A stretch of DNA of 64,000 bases from Octopus sinensis (GCF_006345805.1 NC_043000.1:50716001-50780000), one strand, 5' to 3'. Positions 49,191 to 63,759 are shown, counted from the first letter of the stretch. The notes: a model not told the origin generated them from the sequence alone. A program made the numbers and translations.

Positions 49191-51304
49191 CTACTTATTT
49201 CACTTTTAACTTCATTTATAGAAAATTTCACAGTGTTATTTTAAAAAGATTCTTTATGCTTTTCTGCTTGATGGCATGATCAACTATTCTTGAGGGTATG
49301 ATCTTTATGTCACCATAAAAAAAAAAAAAACGATGTCATATCTTCACGTTGTTTACTCTATAATGTTAAGATATATAGAATCGCTGTTTCTGGAAATGAT
49401 TTTCTGACAAACTGTTATATTTCTCACCATCAGTTTCTATGTGCTATATTATGTATTTCTGTAGTTCTGCAAAGTACTCTTGATAATTTAGATGTTTTCT
49501 TTGTTCATTCATTTATGATTGAATTAATATTACTTGCTCTACTTTTGTGTCCAAACGTTAAATGAAGCTGCATTCACTGAATCAGCAATGAGAGGTATTT
49601 TTATGCCACAACCAATTCAGCAATACAAAATTCCATATTAAGACAGTTAAATTATGTCTACTTATAGAATAATACTTATTTGTAATGATAACAAAGTAGC
49701 AAAAGAACCTAATGAATACAATAAAATAACTTTTCTAAATTTATATTTCTATTCTGGTCTTCTTTCTGAAGTAGATTTATATGCATTTGATACCATACAA
49801 GTTCCTTTTTATAATATTTTAACTATTTGTTTTATTCAAAATACTTTTAAAATTAGACCAGATTGTCTAAATATAGATGGCTGCAGGGGAAACTCTTGAA
49901 GTCAAAATACAGTTTGACAATTGTCAGGGATAGAAATTTTTGAAATAGGCTGCCAATCTTAAAATAACTATAAATTCTGAAATAGTAAAATACCGAATTA
50001 TTATTGTGTTGCACTTAAAAGGAAGTCAATAAAATATAGGTGTTGATCATTAAAATTAATAATAACTTAATCAACGAAATATTCCATGAGACTGAAATGA
50101 TATTAATATTTGGGAAATCTTATGCATCAACTACAGGAAAACAAACTATTACAGTTATCTTAAGCTAGGATAAACAAATGTAAATAATATTGGAAAAAGT
50201 GAATATTTTTAGTTAATACTAGTTTAAAAACTGCACTCCATGTGAACTTTTAAGCGAGCTCCTGCAGAGGGCTAATTAGGCCTGCAGCCCAAAACTAAAG
50301 GGAGCTAAACAGTATGACTCTAATACATCTATAATGACCATATGCCCCAGTGGTGTTTGATCAGAGGTTAAGGATCGTTGAGAATTAATTCTGTAATGCA
50401 ATTATTCTATTGTTCCAGTCCCTAGTTGAATTCCAACTGTTGGCCAATTTGTCACGAAGTTCTCATCTTGACATAAAAGTAACAAAGAGATTATCATTTA
50501 TTTCCCCCTTAATATCTAATGTCATCTGACAAATGCCAAGCAAGATGGCATGGATCAGCCAAGTTTGACCTGCTAGAAATAGCAACCCAAATGCTTTTAA
50601 ATTAGATCCCAATGCTGAATGTGCAAGAACCCAATGAAGGGCAGACTTTCTATCCCAGGATCATCCTGATTCCAAAATGGTATAATATGTCTATGTAGAG
50701 CAAATATAGACCGAGATACAGGGGTCCCAGATGGACAGACTGAATTTTGCTTTTATTAACATAGCTTTATATTTAGAATGATTATATCTGTATAAGCATT
50801 ATGATAATTTTCTCAATCAAGGCAAAATGAGAAACAATGTCATTTATATATTGTACAGGGTTATTAAGGGCCATAATTAGATTCAATTAGGAACTAAATT
50901 AATACAGAAAATTGCATTGATTGATATATGAAGTTACAGTGGAATTTTTTTTTTTTGTGTTAATGTTTGCTAATTTAAGCAAAAAGTGTTGTCCATAGCT
51001 ATTGTAAACTTTTTTATTCTGGTGATTTGTGAAAAAGCAAACAGTTATATTTCTGTGATAATAGAGAAAACAGAAGCATGAAGGGAGATTCACCGAATTA
51101 TATTTAAATAGCAAGACTAGGGCAGTGTGTTTAATATTGAGCTGGAGAAACTTATCAAATTCCATGTCCCCACCCTACACAGAATATCATCATGTTGGTC
51201 AGTAACCACAGGAATGGGTGGGATCACTTGCTTTTGCATTGAAGATGAATTTTTTAATACTAGTTGAATTGTTTTAGTCCTACTCTTACGCCTATCTGCA
51301 AAAC

Positions 51305-51560
51305 CATCAGCAGCAGTAGCAGCAGCAGCACCACCACCACCACCACCACCACCACTGCTGCCACTGTCATCACCACCACGACCACCAACTCTGCTGCTGC
51401 TGCTACTACTACTACTACTTATCTTCTCTAACCCACCACCACCACCACCACCACCACCACCAACCTGCTGCTGCTACTACTACCACCACCACTGATATTA
51501 CTTCTCTTTCTTCTCTAACCTACCACCATCACTATCATTACCACCACCACCACCACTTTC
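51305..51560. repeat. Mosaic trinucleotide array (CAG/CCA/CTG/CTA)
   Basis: Direct reading; internal unit ttctctaacc(c/t)accacc occurs twice. Confidence 0.85.
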
Positions 51561-53129
51561 TGATTTTGTCCTCATACTGCTTTTTGTTAATCACTGATTT
51601 TGCTGCCATTATGTTTACAATGGTTATGGCAATAATAATGAAACAAAAAAATTGAACTCATATTAAACAGTAATAATTTTGCAAAAATTAAAAGGACACA
51701 AAATATTTTTCAACATCTCTTGAGTTATTTCATGTAGGAGATGATATCAGTTTAAATCAATGGCTAATGATTAATCCTTGGTAACCTTATGGACATAGAT
51801 TGGTTAAGTATACTGGGATTCAACAGGGGAAATTGACTGGGTCATGTATTTAAGCAGTAGATCATTGAACCATCGTTAGATATGCTATTATATCCTGCTC
51901 ATCATCGTTAATATTTTAACATTATTTCATGCTTGCATGGAGTTGATGGGTGTGCCTATTTGAATTATGTGCTACATCCAAGCATGCATTGCACAGGCAC
52001 AAGATAAATTGACCGTGTAGTACCATTATGTGTATTAGAGCATAAATAAGTGGTGCAGTGGAATCTGTGGCAGCATGCATTATTACTTTAAGGAAATCTT
52101 GCAAAATCTTGATAGCAAAAGTGAGATAAGTCTTTGAAAATTAGCTGCTTTTGTGATTCCATACTTTTCAAGTTGATCCACCAGGGGAGGTATTTATCGA
52201 TACAATTAAGCAATATGATATAGCAGTCATAGAACCAGCAGTTCTCATATCTCAGAAATGCTAGACAATGAGTAATAGCCATGAAATTTGTTACCTGGAA
52301 GAAAGCATATATAAAAATGTTAGTAATCAATAGTCCATTCTATGTTATTAGACAACAAGCACAGTAATTTAAACAGCTATGAATATTTCACCTCTAGGTT
52401 CCATTTGATAGTGATCATTATATCTAAGACACCAATGTTACAAAACAACTCAGAGTAAATATTTTCTTTGGTTCAGCATAATGGACATTGCTGAAATAGA
52501 TATGAAGCAGTGTGCAAGCATTACACTTTTCTTCAGTTGATGTTTGAGTATACTGCAGGTGCATATGTAGCTGTGAATTATAAACTGATTCATGTAGTTA
52601 ACTATATGTTTATGTATGACTCGGATTCATACTGATTTTATATGGTTAAAAATATAGGTTGAAGTGATTACTGTGAATAGTCAGTATAATACAAACCTGT
52701 TACTGACCAAGAATAATAAAACCACAACAAAGCCTGTAGAATATGAAGGTATTAGGAAAGTCAGATCAGGTGTGGTATGTAGATAAGAAGCTTTGGTGAG
52801 GAATGTGGTGTTATTGAATAGTTTGGAAATGGTTAGTTGTGTTGACATAAAAGTCTGTGATGTGTAGGAGTTTTTGCAACAACATTTTATTAAATATTTG
52901 TTTGTTGTTTATGGGTTTATTCAACACAACCTTGGGGCATAGATAGTGAAAACCTTTTAAATTATTTGTAACAAGTGTCAAAATCAATACACATCACAAG
53001 GTTTAGTTAAATTCCGTACAACCATTCAAGTATACATATTGATACTAATTATATAAGAAAATTTTGCAAGATTGGTAATAATTGTTATAAAAATGTTGAA
53101 TTTTTCTTTAATTAGTTAATCTAATTCAT

Positions 53130-53605
53130 TCTACTCCTAGCTAGTCTTTCAGTTCATGACATGCATTAAGTTTTGACTGCTTTTGATCTTCTGTGAGCAA
53201 GCAAGGCACCAATTTTGCTGCAACTCTTTTCATTCACAATTTCTCACTCAAAATTCATTAGCAGGAGCTCCAGAACACACTGATCATATCAACAAATTCA
53301 TAAGTTGTACAAGGACAGTCCTCTAAGATCAGTTCATGAATTTTCATGATGTTTTCATTCATTCAGGAGGTCAAATGGTCACCTTGAATTGACTTCAGGG
53401 TGACAATTGAGGTCAATTGAGGTTGGTCTTCATGCAACAAGTGACCATTCCTAAAGAGTGAAAACCACTCATAAGCCTATGTTTTGCTCATGGCAGTTTC
53501 CTTGTAAGCTGTTTGAAGCATGACAACTGTTTCAGCTGCCGTTTTCCCCTGCAGAAAACAGAATTTCATGGAAGCATGATGTTCTTTTGCTTCAGCATTT
53601 GCAAA
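53130..53605 (-). pseudogene. Older degenerate mariner transposase, N-terminal fragment
   Basis: ASMKFCFLQGKTAAETVVMLQTAYKETAMSKT*AYEWFSLFRNG...ENIMKIHELILED...MKRVAAKLVPCLLTEDQKQS. Confidence 0.85.
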
Positions 53606-54559
53606 AATCTATACACAAGGGAGAAGTACTGCAAAACAAAGATGGACCATGTGGCAGTACAACCTAACCCGATGATGCTGGTTGGCAAACTGTTGCCTTA
53701 GGGTCTCATCAAGTGGCTTCTAGTAGTGGAAGCCTGAACTACAAAGGACTTGTCCCACAGAGAACACTTTCAGTTACTTTTGGGTACCTCCACATATAAG
53801 CTAGGAAGACAGGTGTATGTAGGTTACTTTAAAAAATCATTAGAACTGTTATTCTATACTATTTCCCACCATAACGTTTTCCTTCTGCATCCAATTTGCT
53901 GATGTTGTAAACAAATAAGCTTCATTATTAACACTTGTAGTTTTGAATTTTGAGTAGATATAACAGAAGCAATATGGTGTTTTCCTAAAATCTAGTTTGC
54001 ATGGGTAAGTGCAATAAATATATCAAATGTTCTATCAATTACCATTACAACTAAGCCTTGTTGCCAGCTGTAGATAAATTCATTGTCTGTGTAATACACA
54101 GATCAGAATTATGTGAATAAAAGATATTTTAAGTGAATATAGCTTTCTAATGTTGTTGAAAACATCACAAAACAAATCTGTCAATTTATATTAGTAGTTT
54201 TGGCTTCTTCTAAAATAAAGAATATGAATGAAACATCTGTAACATAAAATTATTTCCATCCTTAGTAAAATATTAGAAATGTAATGCCAAGAGGAATTAT
54301 ATTTTCAATATCTTACTAAGACCAAGTATAATTCGAAGTTATTTGACTCATGATATTATACTCAACATTTTTCTTTTCTTAAATACATTTCATATTATGA
54401 ATTAGGTGTTGAGTTGCTAGGACACTGTATTATAATCTCAAATTGCAATTTTTTTCTAGATTAACTTGATATTCTTCTCAGCGAACTGAAGTGAGTATTT
54501 GTAATTAACAGTTAAATGGACTTAATGAAGTCAACTTAATATAGGAAAGCTATTGTAGT

Positions 54560-55106
54560 TTTTTTTTTCTGCCTTTAACCCTCCAATGAGGAGTATAGGC
54601 CACTTACAGTTGAATTCCATGTCGCATAATTTTTCGCTTCTGTACTAATACTCTGCCATGAATGTCCCCCTTTCTCTAGTTCCTTCTGTGTTGATCTACA
54701 CCATGAGTTCTTAGGCCTACCTCTCTTTCTATATCCAATCGGATTCCACTGTAAAGCACTTTTTGCTACATTTGGTGCATCTTTTCTAATTGTGCTACCA
54801 ATCCACTTCCACATTTTCTTAAATATTTGCTCCCTAATCGAATCTTGATTCATTCTTTGCCATAGCTCCATATTGCTTATGTGTTTGGGCCATCTAATTT
54901 GAAGTATACTACGCAAGCATCTGTTGATGAATGATTGTGTTTGCTTATTTGACTTAACTGTTGTTCGCCATGTCTCAGCCCCATACAATAACACCGCTTT
55001 TACGTTAGTGTTAAAAAATCTTATTTTGTCCTTTATTGAAATTTCACTTTTAGAGCGGATGAGGACAGCAGTTGACAAATTGTTGCATAAAGAACAAGCC
55101 AGATTC
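54560..55106 (-). mobile_element. 5'-truncated, 5'-inverted RTE-clade LINE insertion
   Basis: TSD agctattgtagt at 54548-54559 and 55107-55118; poly(A) on minus; stop-free KIRFFNTNVKAVLLYGAETW...GRPKNSW; inverted RT segment LLERMRTAVDKLLHKEQARF on plus at 55047-55106. Confidence 0.9.
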
Positions 55107-57159
55107 AGCTATTGTAGTGTTTAAAAGAAAGCCAAAAGTAATTCTATGGAGATCCCTTGCTTCTGAATAAATTGTCTTTCACATTTTTCTTAAAAAGCTT
55201 ACAATATTCCCTTAGAACATTAAAACAGAAATATTTCTGTTACCTATTGTTTTATTATAAAATTGCGTAAGACACAAACTTAGTTCACATTTTACATTTT
55301 GTGAACATCACAAATTAATCTTTGGCAGTGTAAGTTAAACCAGTTGGCCACTCCTTGTCTTAAAGTAACGGCTTACAAATGTTATGTAATCTATAGCAGT
55401 AGACTTACTAACCTTTCTCTTAGCATACAATTAATGTATTTACTTTATATATGTATATGAATATCATATATATTTCACACACACACACACATGCACACAC
55501 ACGTACACACACATAAACATTCATATCAATGGTCACACCTACCTTTAGGCAGACTAAGTACAGTTTCAGCTAAAGATCTATTATAATACCATGCATCTCT
55601 CATATTCCTTTCATACAGATTGAAGTCTTTACTGCCAAACCGCTTTAGGTTATCTTATGATTAAAAAAAAAAGAAAAAGATTGTTGTTGTAAAAGTTAGT
55701 ATGAAGTATATTTCTGACATGAACAGATATTTAATTTACCAATCTCATACAGATTTGCACAGTAATACAGCTGTAGTTCTATTAGCCAAATAAATTGTCT
55801 TGTAGCATTATATGAACATTAAGTTGAATTTTTAAAAAATTACTTTTATTATACTGAAAAATAATTGATGTTGCTTTTTGGGGTACTACTACTAATGTAA
55901 AATAAATCCAGATTTAGATTTTATATACATTCTTTATGTAACCCTATATATTTCATTTCTTAAAAACATTGAAGTTTATGGAATTTTCCAATGTTTGCTG
56001 ATACATCCAAGATTTTGCAATGATATCCAAAACTAAGAGTCTTCTAAGTTTAATAAGATTATGAACATAGTGACAATGCATTAGCTTGTAGATAAATTGA
56101 TGGTATTTATAGAACATATTTCATTCATTATCATTCTATGACACAAATGTTTTTAAAGTTCAAATTAGGTATTTGATACTTGAAAAAATTACATTAACTT
56201 AACTTGAAATAAAAACTTTAATTATGTTTAAATATTTTTCAAAATTGAATTTGGTATCTGTATGCATGTACGCAGATGAACTGCAACCAAAATGAATACT
56301 AGATCTCATAACTCACAAATAAAGGTATATGCTAATTAATTGCTATCATACAGAACAACCTGATAGTGTGAAGACTACCAGTGCATAGACAGTTAACAAA
56401 TGCAGCAAAAAAAAAGTAAAAGATAAGAAATAAACAAAAACTTAGTCATATAGCTACTAAAAAAACCAATGGTGATAGGAATATATGTATGAAATATTTC
56501 TTTTTTTTTTTTATCTAAGAACAACACTAAAATCATTCATAAAACTACTAATTATCTGCAATCTTACCAAAATTAGAAGAAAATGAGAATAATTAGGACA
56601 AGAACATAAGAATGATAGATATTCTGTATACTGTCGGTGGGAAGCATCTTCTTTGAATAAAACTTCTAATTCACTGAAAAACAAAAATAATCGTGTAGAA
56701 CCACTAACAGTTTTACCAGAAATAAGAAAACTGGGAAAACTCATTTTCTCGTTTTCTTATTTGTGAGTCTGACTAGCTCAAAAAATATATTGAGACTAAT
56801 ATTGCTAAATCCTGCTTTCAAATTGTAAAAAAACTTTCCTGAGACACATGAATTAAAATATTTAATTTCTATACTATAAAATTATCATCTTCAACAATTC
56901 CTAACTTTAATGAACATTTAAGTAACTGTAATAACTCTATAATTAATACATACACCAAGAGTAGGAGCAACCAATCAAGGATAAATTACACCTGTACTTA
57001 AAGTAATTGCCAATGTAATATAACATGTAGCCAAAATAATATAAATCAACTGGATATTAGTTCTTATAACAACATAAATATTAACAATATAAATAAAAAA
57101 CAATAAGAATGAAAATACAAGAATGAATGCCTTCCTTCCTTCCTTTCTACTATATTGAA

Positions 57160-57330
57160 ATTTTGTGGGAGGGAATTAGTTGATTACATCAACTCCAGTG
57201 CTCAACTGGTACTTATTTTATCGACCTCTAAAGGATGAAAGGTAAAACTGATCTTTTGAATTGGATTACAGAATGTAAAAACAAGTGAAAAGTTGCTAAG
57301 TGGTAATGATTCTGCCAGCTCACTACCTTT
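57160..57330 (-). mobile_element. Nin/Deu-domain SINE, reverse
   Basis: ctggtacttattttatcgacctctaaaggatgaaaggtaaa...ctgccagctcactacctt. Confidence 0.7.
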
Positions 57331-57519
57331 CTTCCTCCTAATATTACTACAACTATAGGAGTGACTTAACCCATATTGGGACAGGGTGTTATAAACCACC
57401 ACCCCACCCAAAAATGTAGAAATAAGAAAAATAATGGTGGTAATATTATCCCAAATGCAAATGTAATGGGTTCCTCTCCTTGGAGTGAAATAAATTCTCT
57501 TTTAGAATGAAAAACATAG

Positions 57520-57730
57520 CAAAAGATAAAATGCTAACATTTCCTCATCAGTTTCGCTGCTACGTTCTGAGTTCAAATTCCTCTGAGGTCGACTTAGCCT
57601 TTCATCCTTTCGGGGTCAATAAATTAAGAACCAGTTATGCCCTGGGGTCGATGTAATCAACTTAATCTCTTTGTCTGTTCTTGTTTGTCCCCTCTATGTT
57701 TAGCCCCTTGTGGGTAATAAAGAAATAAGT
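57520..57730 (+). mobile_element. Nin/Deu-domain SINE
   Basis: acgttctgagttcaaattcctctgaggtcgacttagcctttcatcctttcggggtcaataaattaag. Confidence 0.8.
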
Positions 57731-58439
57731 TTCAAGTAAGTACTCCACTCAGATGCAACTTCAATATATGTACTAAATGCCTCCTTAATGGTCATTGTTT
57801 AATTAGCAACATAGTATATAAATGTAATATCTTCACTGATAGTGTACATAAGTATTATATAGAGTCTATTATAAAACTTCAAATTAAAGATTTACTGCAC
57901 ATATGCATATCGATGAAAGCAAAAATTTAATACATTCAACGTCATTAGTTGAGTGCTCATGATGGTTAAAATTAAATAAAATACCATATAAATATATAAA
58001 TTAAAATGACATGTTCCAGCCTATAAGGGAAACAGGAAGCTGTACACACATGTATATGAATAGGCACATTTGAAATTTTTAATTTCAAGTATATGTATAT
58101 ATCGTATATGTATACATACATACATACATATTAAACAAAAGGAGAAAAAGAAGACCTTAGTATCATAGAAATAGATTACTATATTTAATATAAAATACAA
58201 ATATGGAAGACTCACATATTGTACTCAGAGTTTCCTGACAGCCATGGCTATGAAATTATCTAATTTCCACATGACACATTCATCAGCTACATATTCTGGA
58301 TATTGTAGCTTTATTTGGAATGATATTACACAATCTATAATGTCCCAATCCTGTTGATTTATATTTAATTTAATCTATATTCTATAATCTGAATCTAATG
58401 TAATCTATATTCTGTAATCTATTAAAATACATTTCTTGC

Positions 58440-58690
58440 TGAACAACCACACAGATGATTTGTTCATGACAACCAAATGATTGTGTTCACATAAGCTCAC
58501 TCCCTACATCAAATCAACTTTGCTTGTGCAGGTGCACAATTGTGCCACACATCAGATGTTGAAAGGATAACAGAGCAATGTGAAATGAAGTATTTTGCTT
58601 GAGAACATAACATACCACCCAACCTGAGAAGTGAAACCATGAGCATGTGATTGTGAATGCAACTCTCTAACCTCTAGGCTGTGCAATATA
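58440..58690 (-). mobile_element. SINE family D-like, reverse
   Basis: gcaatgtgaaatgaagtattttgcttgagaacataa head-side match to 5071-5340. Confidence 0.5.
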
Positions 58691-58711
58691 TATATATATA
58701 TGTTCATGTCT

Positions 58712-58905
58712 CATGCCGGTGGCATATAAAAGCACCCACTACACTCTCGGAGTGGTTAGTGTTAGGAAGGGCATCCAGCTGTAGAAGCTCTGCCAGATCA
58801 GATTGGAGCCTAGTGCAGCCATCTGGTTCGCCAGTCCTCAGTCAAATCGTCCAACCCATGCTAGCATGGAAAGCAGACGTTAAATGATGATGATGATGAT
58901 GATGT
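58712..58905 (+). mobile_element. RTE 3'-UTR / RTE-related SINE copy
   Basis: gccggtggcatataaaagcacccactacactctcggagtgg...gacgttaaat(gat)n. Confidence 0.8.
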
Positions 58906-59023
58906 CATAAGAATATATATATGAACTTTCAAGAGAATGTGGTTATTGAGGCACATCACATAAAGATCTAAATAATAGCATGTAAATACTGGATTGAAAA
59001 ATCCTGTTGGATATCATGTATGT

Positions 59024-59055
<32 letters not shown>

Positions 59056-61141
59056 CCCTTACGAGTCTGTAAGTCTGTGAATATCTAACATTATATTCTT
59101 AAAAGATACTAATAGATTTATAAGTTCAGTCTTAGGTTGTTTTAAGTAATTCATGAAGATGGTATGAGTTAATTTTGTAGTAGTTCATTTGCTATTTTTA
59201 GAGAAATGTTAAAAATTTGAAATGAAATCATAAAAGAGACATAGTCTCTGTAGTATAGTCGTATCTGTTTTGTGCTATTACTCTGGTGAGTTAGATTTTG
59301 TCTTTTATCATACCATTGTTGCAAATTATAATGTAGAAGTTAAGTACCTTGGTTAATTAAATCAGTAACACCAAAATTTGGCCTTATGCCAAAGTTTGGA
59401 ATCATTATTAATGTTAGAAGGACTAATATCCATATTCACATTCTCTATCGATTGATAAATTTTCAGAATTACATAATTTTTTTTTAACCCTGCTACCTCG
59501 AAGAACATGGGTGAGAAATTATGACTGCCAGGACTGAGCAGAAATATATAATTGTGATCTCATTAATGCAGCAAACTTGATCATCATAAATAAAATTCGC
59601 TTTATTTTCCTAATTCTTGTCATCTTTTAATTTTCTCTCCCATTTCATGACCTTGCAGAATGATAATTTGATATTCTGGAACAGTATTTCTCCAATGAAA
59701 ATACAATCAATGAAGACATGAAAACTCTAGTGGTTTCTATTTTCCTGTTAATGTTTCTGTTTATTTATTATTACTTTATTTTTTTTTTATTTACTCTTTT
59801 AGGATTGTGAAAGTGGTAGGAAAGCAACCCTGTTCAATGTTATTTTAGATTAAAATCTACCATTCACTTGCCTTGCTAAGTTAGTATCAATCGAATCATG
59901 AATAGTGAACAGAAAGAAGATTCTCTTTCTCTAAAGTGAAAAATGAAGCCAATGAGGTGGTTGTCAGAAAAAAATAATTTGTGTGAAAACAGCAGTATGG
60001 AAATGTTTCCAATGAATCTTCAAGTGAGCAGAAAGTAATCAGAATCCATCAGTGTTGTATAGTGCTGTCAATGTTCAGCTGTCACAAGTGATGTACAGTT
60101 TACTAGGTTCACATAGTTCTCTTGTTTATGTTGAACAAATTCTAGATATTTTCATAAGAATCTGACAAACATATCAGTTTTATTCTACCATGCTACAACT
60201 GATGCTTAACAAGAAAAAAGAAACACATTGAATTAGTTGGAAAACACTCACTTCCAAAAGCAAAATAACCTTTATATTAAAATCTGACTTCGATCCCCCC
60301 CCCCCAATACACACGTAAGACAGTCAATCACTTCTGTTCAAGGTTAATAGTGTGAAATTTCATCTTCTACTTGTAATTTGCATTTCCTTCCTGAAATATT
60401 ATTAAATAATACTAAGAAATGTAAACATATAATGGGATGTACCCTTTTACTTGTTTCATGCTGGAGCACCAACTTTGTAATATAATTATATAAAATTCAC
60501 CCCATGTAATGTATGTCTAATGATATCTTCTGAATTTTTGAAAATGTAACCATTTGGGTGCACAGAAAAAGACTAGCTACCAATCTTCTATAGAATATTT
60601 ATACCTAAATTGATAGAAACAAATATATAACATACATACTTATACGATATATTAAAAGTTACTGGTCTGATATGTATGTGCATGTGTGTGTATGTATGTA
60701 TAACACACACATGCACGTGCACACACACATACACACATATGCACTACATATTTTATCAATTGTTTATTCAACAAGATTTCCCCTGCTTGCAAAGGTTTGA
60801 TGGAATGTACTTGAGCCATGATTTTTTATGACAAGATGCACTTCCTGTTGGCAAGACATTTGCTTTTTGAAGTAAGGGAATTTTACTTTCAGAGGAATTT
60901 GAAAGCATGGAGCTAGTAGATAAGTTGTTGAGAGGAAATGCCTACAAATGTCACCGGTTGTAGTGTTATGTTTGACAAGGCCATGCCATTGAGCTACAAT
61001 TATGGTCCATCTGACAGGCCAATGCTAAATCAATGAGCTGGTAATAAACTTGACTAAAGTACTAAATCCTCAGTCTAGAAATCAACAGAATAACTTGTAT
61101 GTGTACACACACACACATACACACACACACCATATGCATAT

Positions 61142-61613
61142 ATGGCTTTATGGTAAGAAGGTTGACTTTTAACCATATGATTTTGGGATCAGTCCCATTG
61201 TGTAACACCATGGGCAGGTGTCTTTTATAACCTCTAGCCAACCAAAGCTGGTGAGTGGTAGACAGAAACTAAAAGAAGCCTGTGGTGAGAAACTTGCTCC
61301 CCAACCACATGGTTCTGGTTTCAGTCCCACTGTGTGGCACCTTGCACAAATGTTTCCTACAAAAGCCTCAGGCCAGCTAAAGCTTTGTGAGTGAATTTGG
61401 TAACCAGAAACTAAAAGAAGCTCATCTTATACATGTGTGTGTGTTTGTGTGTGTGAGTGTGAGTTGGTCCCCCTCCAACACTTGACAACTGATGTTGGTG
61501 TGTTTATGTTCCTGTAACTTAGCATTTTGACAAAAGAGACCAATAGAATAAGTAGTAGGTTTACAAAGAATGACTCCTGGGGTTGATTTCTTCGACTAAA
61601 GGCAGTGCTCCAC
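61142..61613 (+). mobile_element. Family A CORE-SINE with duplicated 5' monomer
   Basis: Head plus CORE 61142-61280, immediately followed by a second head-to-tail copy 61281-61613. Confidence 0.7.
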
Positions 61614-62724
61614 TATGTATATATATATATATATATATACAAAGTATGGAGGTTTAGTTCACAGGTGATCTAAACAATTAGATACCAACATATTTGAGTA
61701 GAAGAATGGCAAAAATCACTGTAGAAGAAATACCAGCAGGATATGACGTAATTTGGATAGCAGCAGCCATAACTTATGATAAGGAGGAAAAAATGTCTAT
61801 TTTACAGATGAAGAAGAAAGAGGCCGAAATGCACATGGACTGGGGTCGAAATGGAAACAAACTTGTCTCCTGGATGACCTTAGGTCACTAGATATAGATG
61901 GTTGTGTTATTCTGTAAAAAAAATGTAAGGATGTGGCAAAGAAGTTGGGTATGAATGACCCTACTTAATCTCATCCATGGTAGAAAAGTATGGTGTAGTC
62001 ATTGGGTTTCATGGCCAAGGGTAAACTTGTAAAATTTGTAAATTTTTAAAATATAACATTCATCATCATATTTCTAAAACCACTTTAAAAAGAACTAATA
62101 AACAGACCATTTGTTTGTAACGTCCTGTATCATCCCATCTATGTATGATATATAATTATCGTAATGAAGAATCATCTCTTAGGTACATCTCATTGACAAG
62201 AGTTAATAAATTTGAAACATCGATGTCTGAGATTCCCAAGAGATGGCGACACTGGATGAACTGGGTGTTTTCACACCTTTTACCATAAGAGAGATTTTTT
62301 TTTTTCTCCACAGTAACCACTGTGTAGTTTCCTTTAACAGTTGAAATATGTGACAAACACATTTCAGCTAACCTAAATTGTGGTATATATATATATATAT
62401 ATATATTTTAGTTTCAGCTCAGAGCTGCGACCATGCTGATGCACCGCCGTGCGTATGCATAAATACATATGCATACACACACATGGACATGTATATATAT
62501 GTATGTGTAGGTATATCCATGCTCACACATATATGCACACATGCGTGCTTACAGGTATATATGTATATGTATATCCATGCACATACATACGTATATATAT
62601 ATATATACACACACACACCTGTTTGAGCCTGGGTACATTTTATGGGATTTGTATACATACAGCTTTTCTACTCCACCAGATATTAAGGCTTCTCAGCACT
62701 AATTCCTAATGGACCAGTGGCTAT

Positions 62725-63010
62725 TCCTTACTGCATGTCTTTTATTGCATTATGCATTATACAACTGTGAACTAGAATGGTTGCTCCCTCTGTCTGGTTC
62801 ACATTAGAATGACTCTCTTTCTCTGGTGCAGTTTCCACATTTAATAGCTTTTCATACATTGCTCTTCTATATCTCGTTCTTTCCAGACTCAAAAATTGAA
62901 AGTGTACCATTATCCATCTGTAAAAGCTTTCCTTCTGCAACGTCTTGATTTTCTCGGATACACTGTCTTGCAATCCTGAACACCTTCTGATTCCGTTCAG
63001 CACATTGTAG
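62725..63010 (-). mobile_element. Degenerate RTE LINE internal fragment (pre-RT region)
   Basis: KVFRIARQCIRENQDV...MDNGTLS...KLLNVETAPEKESHSNVNQTEG. Confidence 0.6.
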
Positions 63011-63167
63011 AATATTGATAAACCTCTACCTTTCTAGTTGTCCCCTTGCTAAATAGACATGATTGGGATATGTTTTATGCACTAGGAAAAATTTATATCC
63101 TGAAAAATCAAGATCTCAGTTCTTTAACATGTCATTAAATTCCAATGTGTTATTTCTTCAATGCAAT

Positions 63168-63312
63168 CATCATCATCGTCGTCGTTTAATGTCCGCTTTC
63201 CATGCTAGCATGGGTTGGACAATTTGACTGAGGTCTGGCGAACCAGATGACTGCACCTGACTCCGATCTGATCTGGCAGAGTTTCTACAGCTGGATGCCC
63301 TTCCTAACACCT
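63168..63312 (-). mobile_element. RTE 3'-end / RTE-related SINE fragment
   Basis: catcatcatcgtcgtcgtttaatgtccgctttccatgctagcatgggttgg...ggatgcccttcctaac. Confidence 0.8.
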
Positions 63313-63759
63313 AGCAATTATGATATTGCATGTTCTGAGCTGAATATTTGGACTACTAGGAGACAAGCAATCTCAATGAAGTTCCAAAAGTTTCATTTGT
63401 TCTGTTCAACAATTGTTTTCATGACCTATGTGAAAACATTGCGAACAATATAATAATAGTATAATTAACTGTAGTCATTAAATTAATTTAGCTGAATGTG
63501 ATGTGTAAGTCATTTCATTAGAAATATTGTTCCTGATGAATGGTGTGTGTGTGTGTGCATGCATGTTTATATATATATATATATATCATAGGTATGTATG
63601 TGTTTTGTGTGTGTATATATGTGAATATATATATAAGACTATATATATATATATATACACACACATATACATTTATAAAATAAATAAATACAAATATATA
63701 TTGAGAGAGAGTTATTTGTGTGTATATGTATGTGCATATCTCTGTCTATCTATCTAGTC

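Noticed and set aside
50240-50290. Imperfect palindrome centred on CTAATTAG (homeodomain-like site)
   Set aside because: Short, and no conservation data available
51305-51560. Poly-Thr/Pro/His coding region
   Set aside because: Trinucleotide slippage mosaic with no ORF or splice context
53360-53450. Cluster of AGGTCA-like nuclear-receptor half-sites
   Set aside because: Lies inside the decayed mariner transposase on the minus strand, with a local duplication; no independent support for enhancer function
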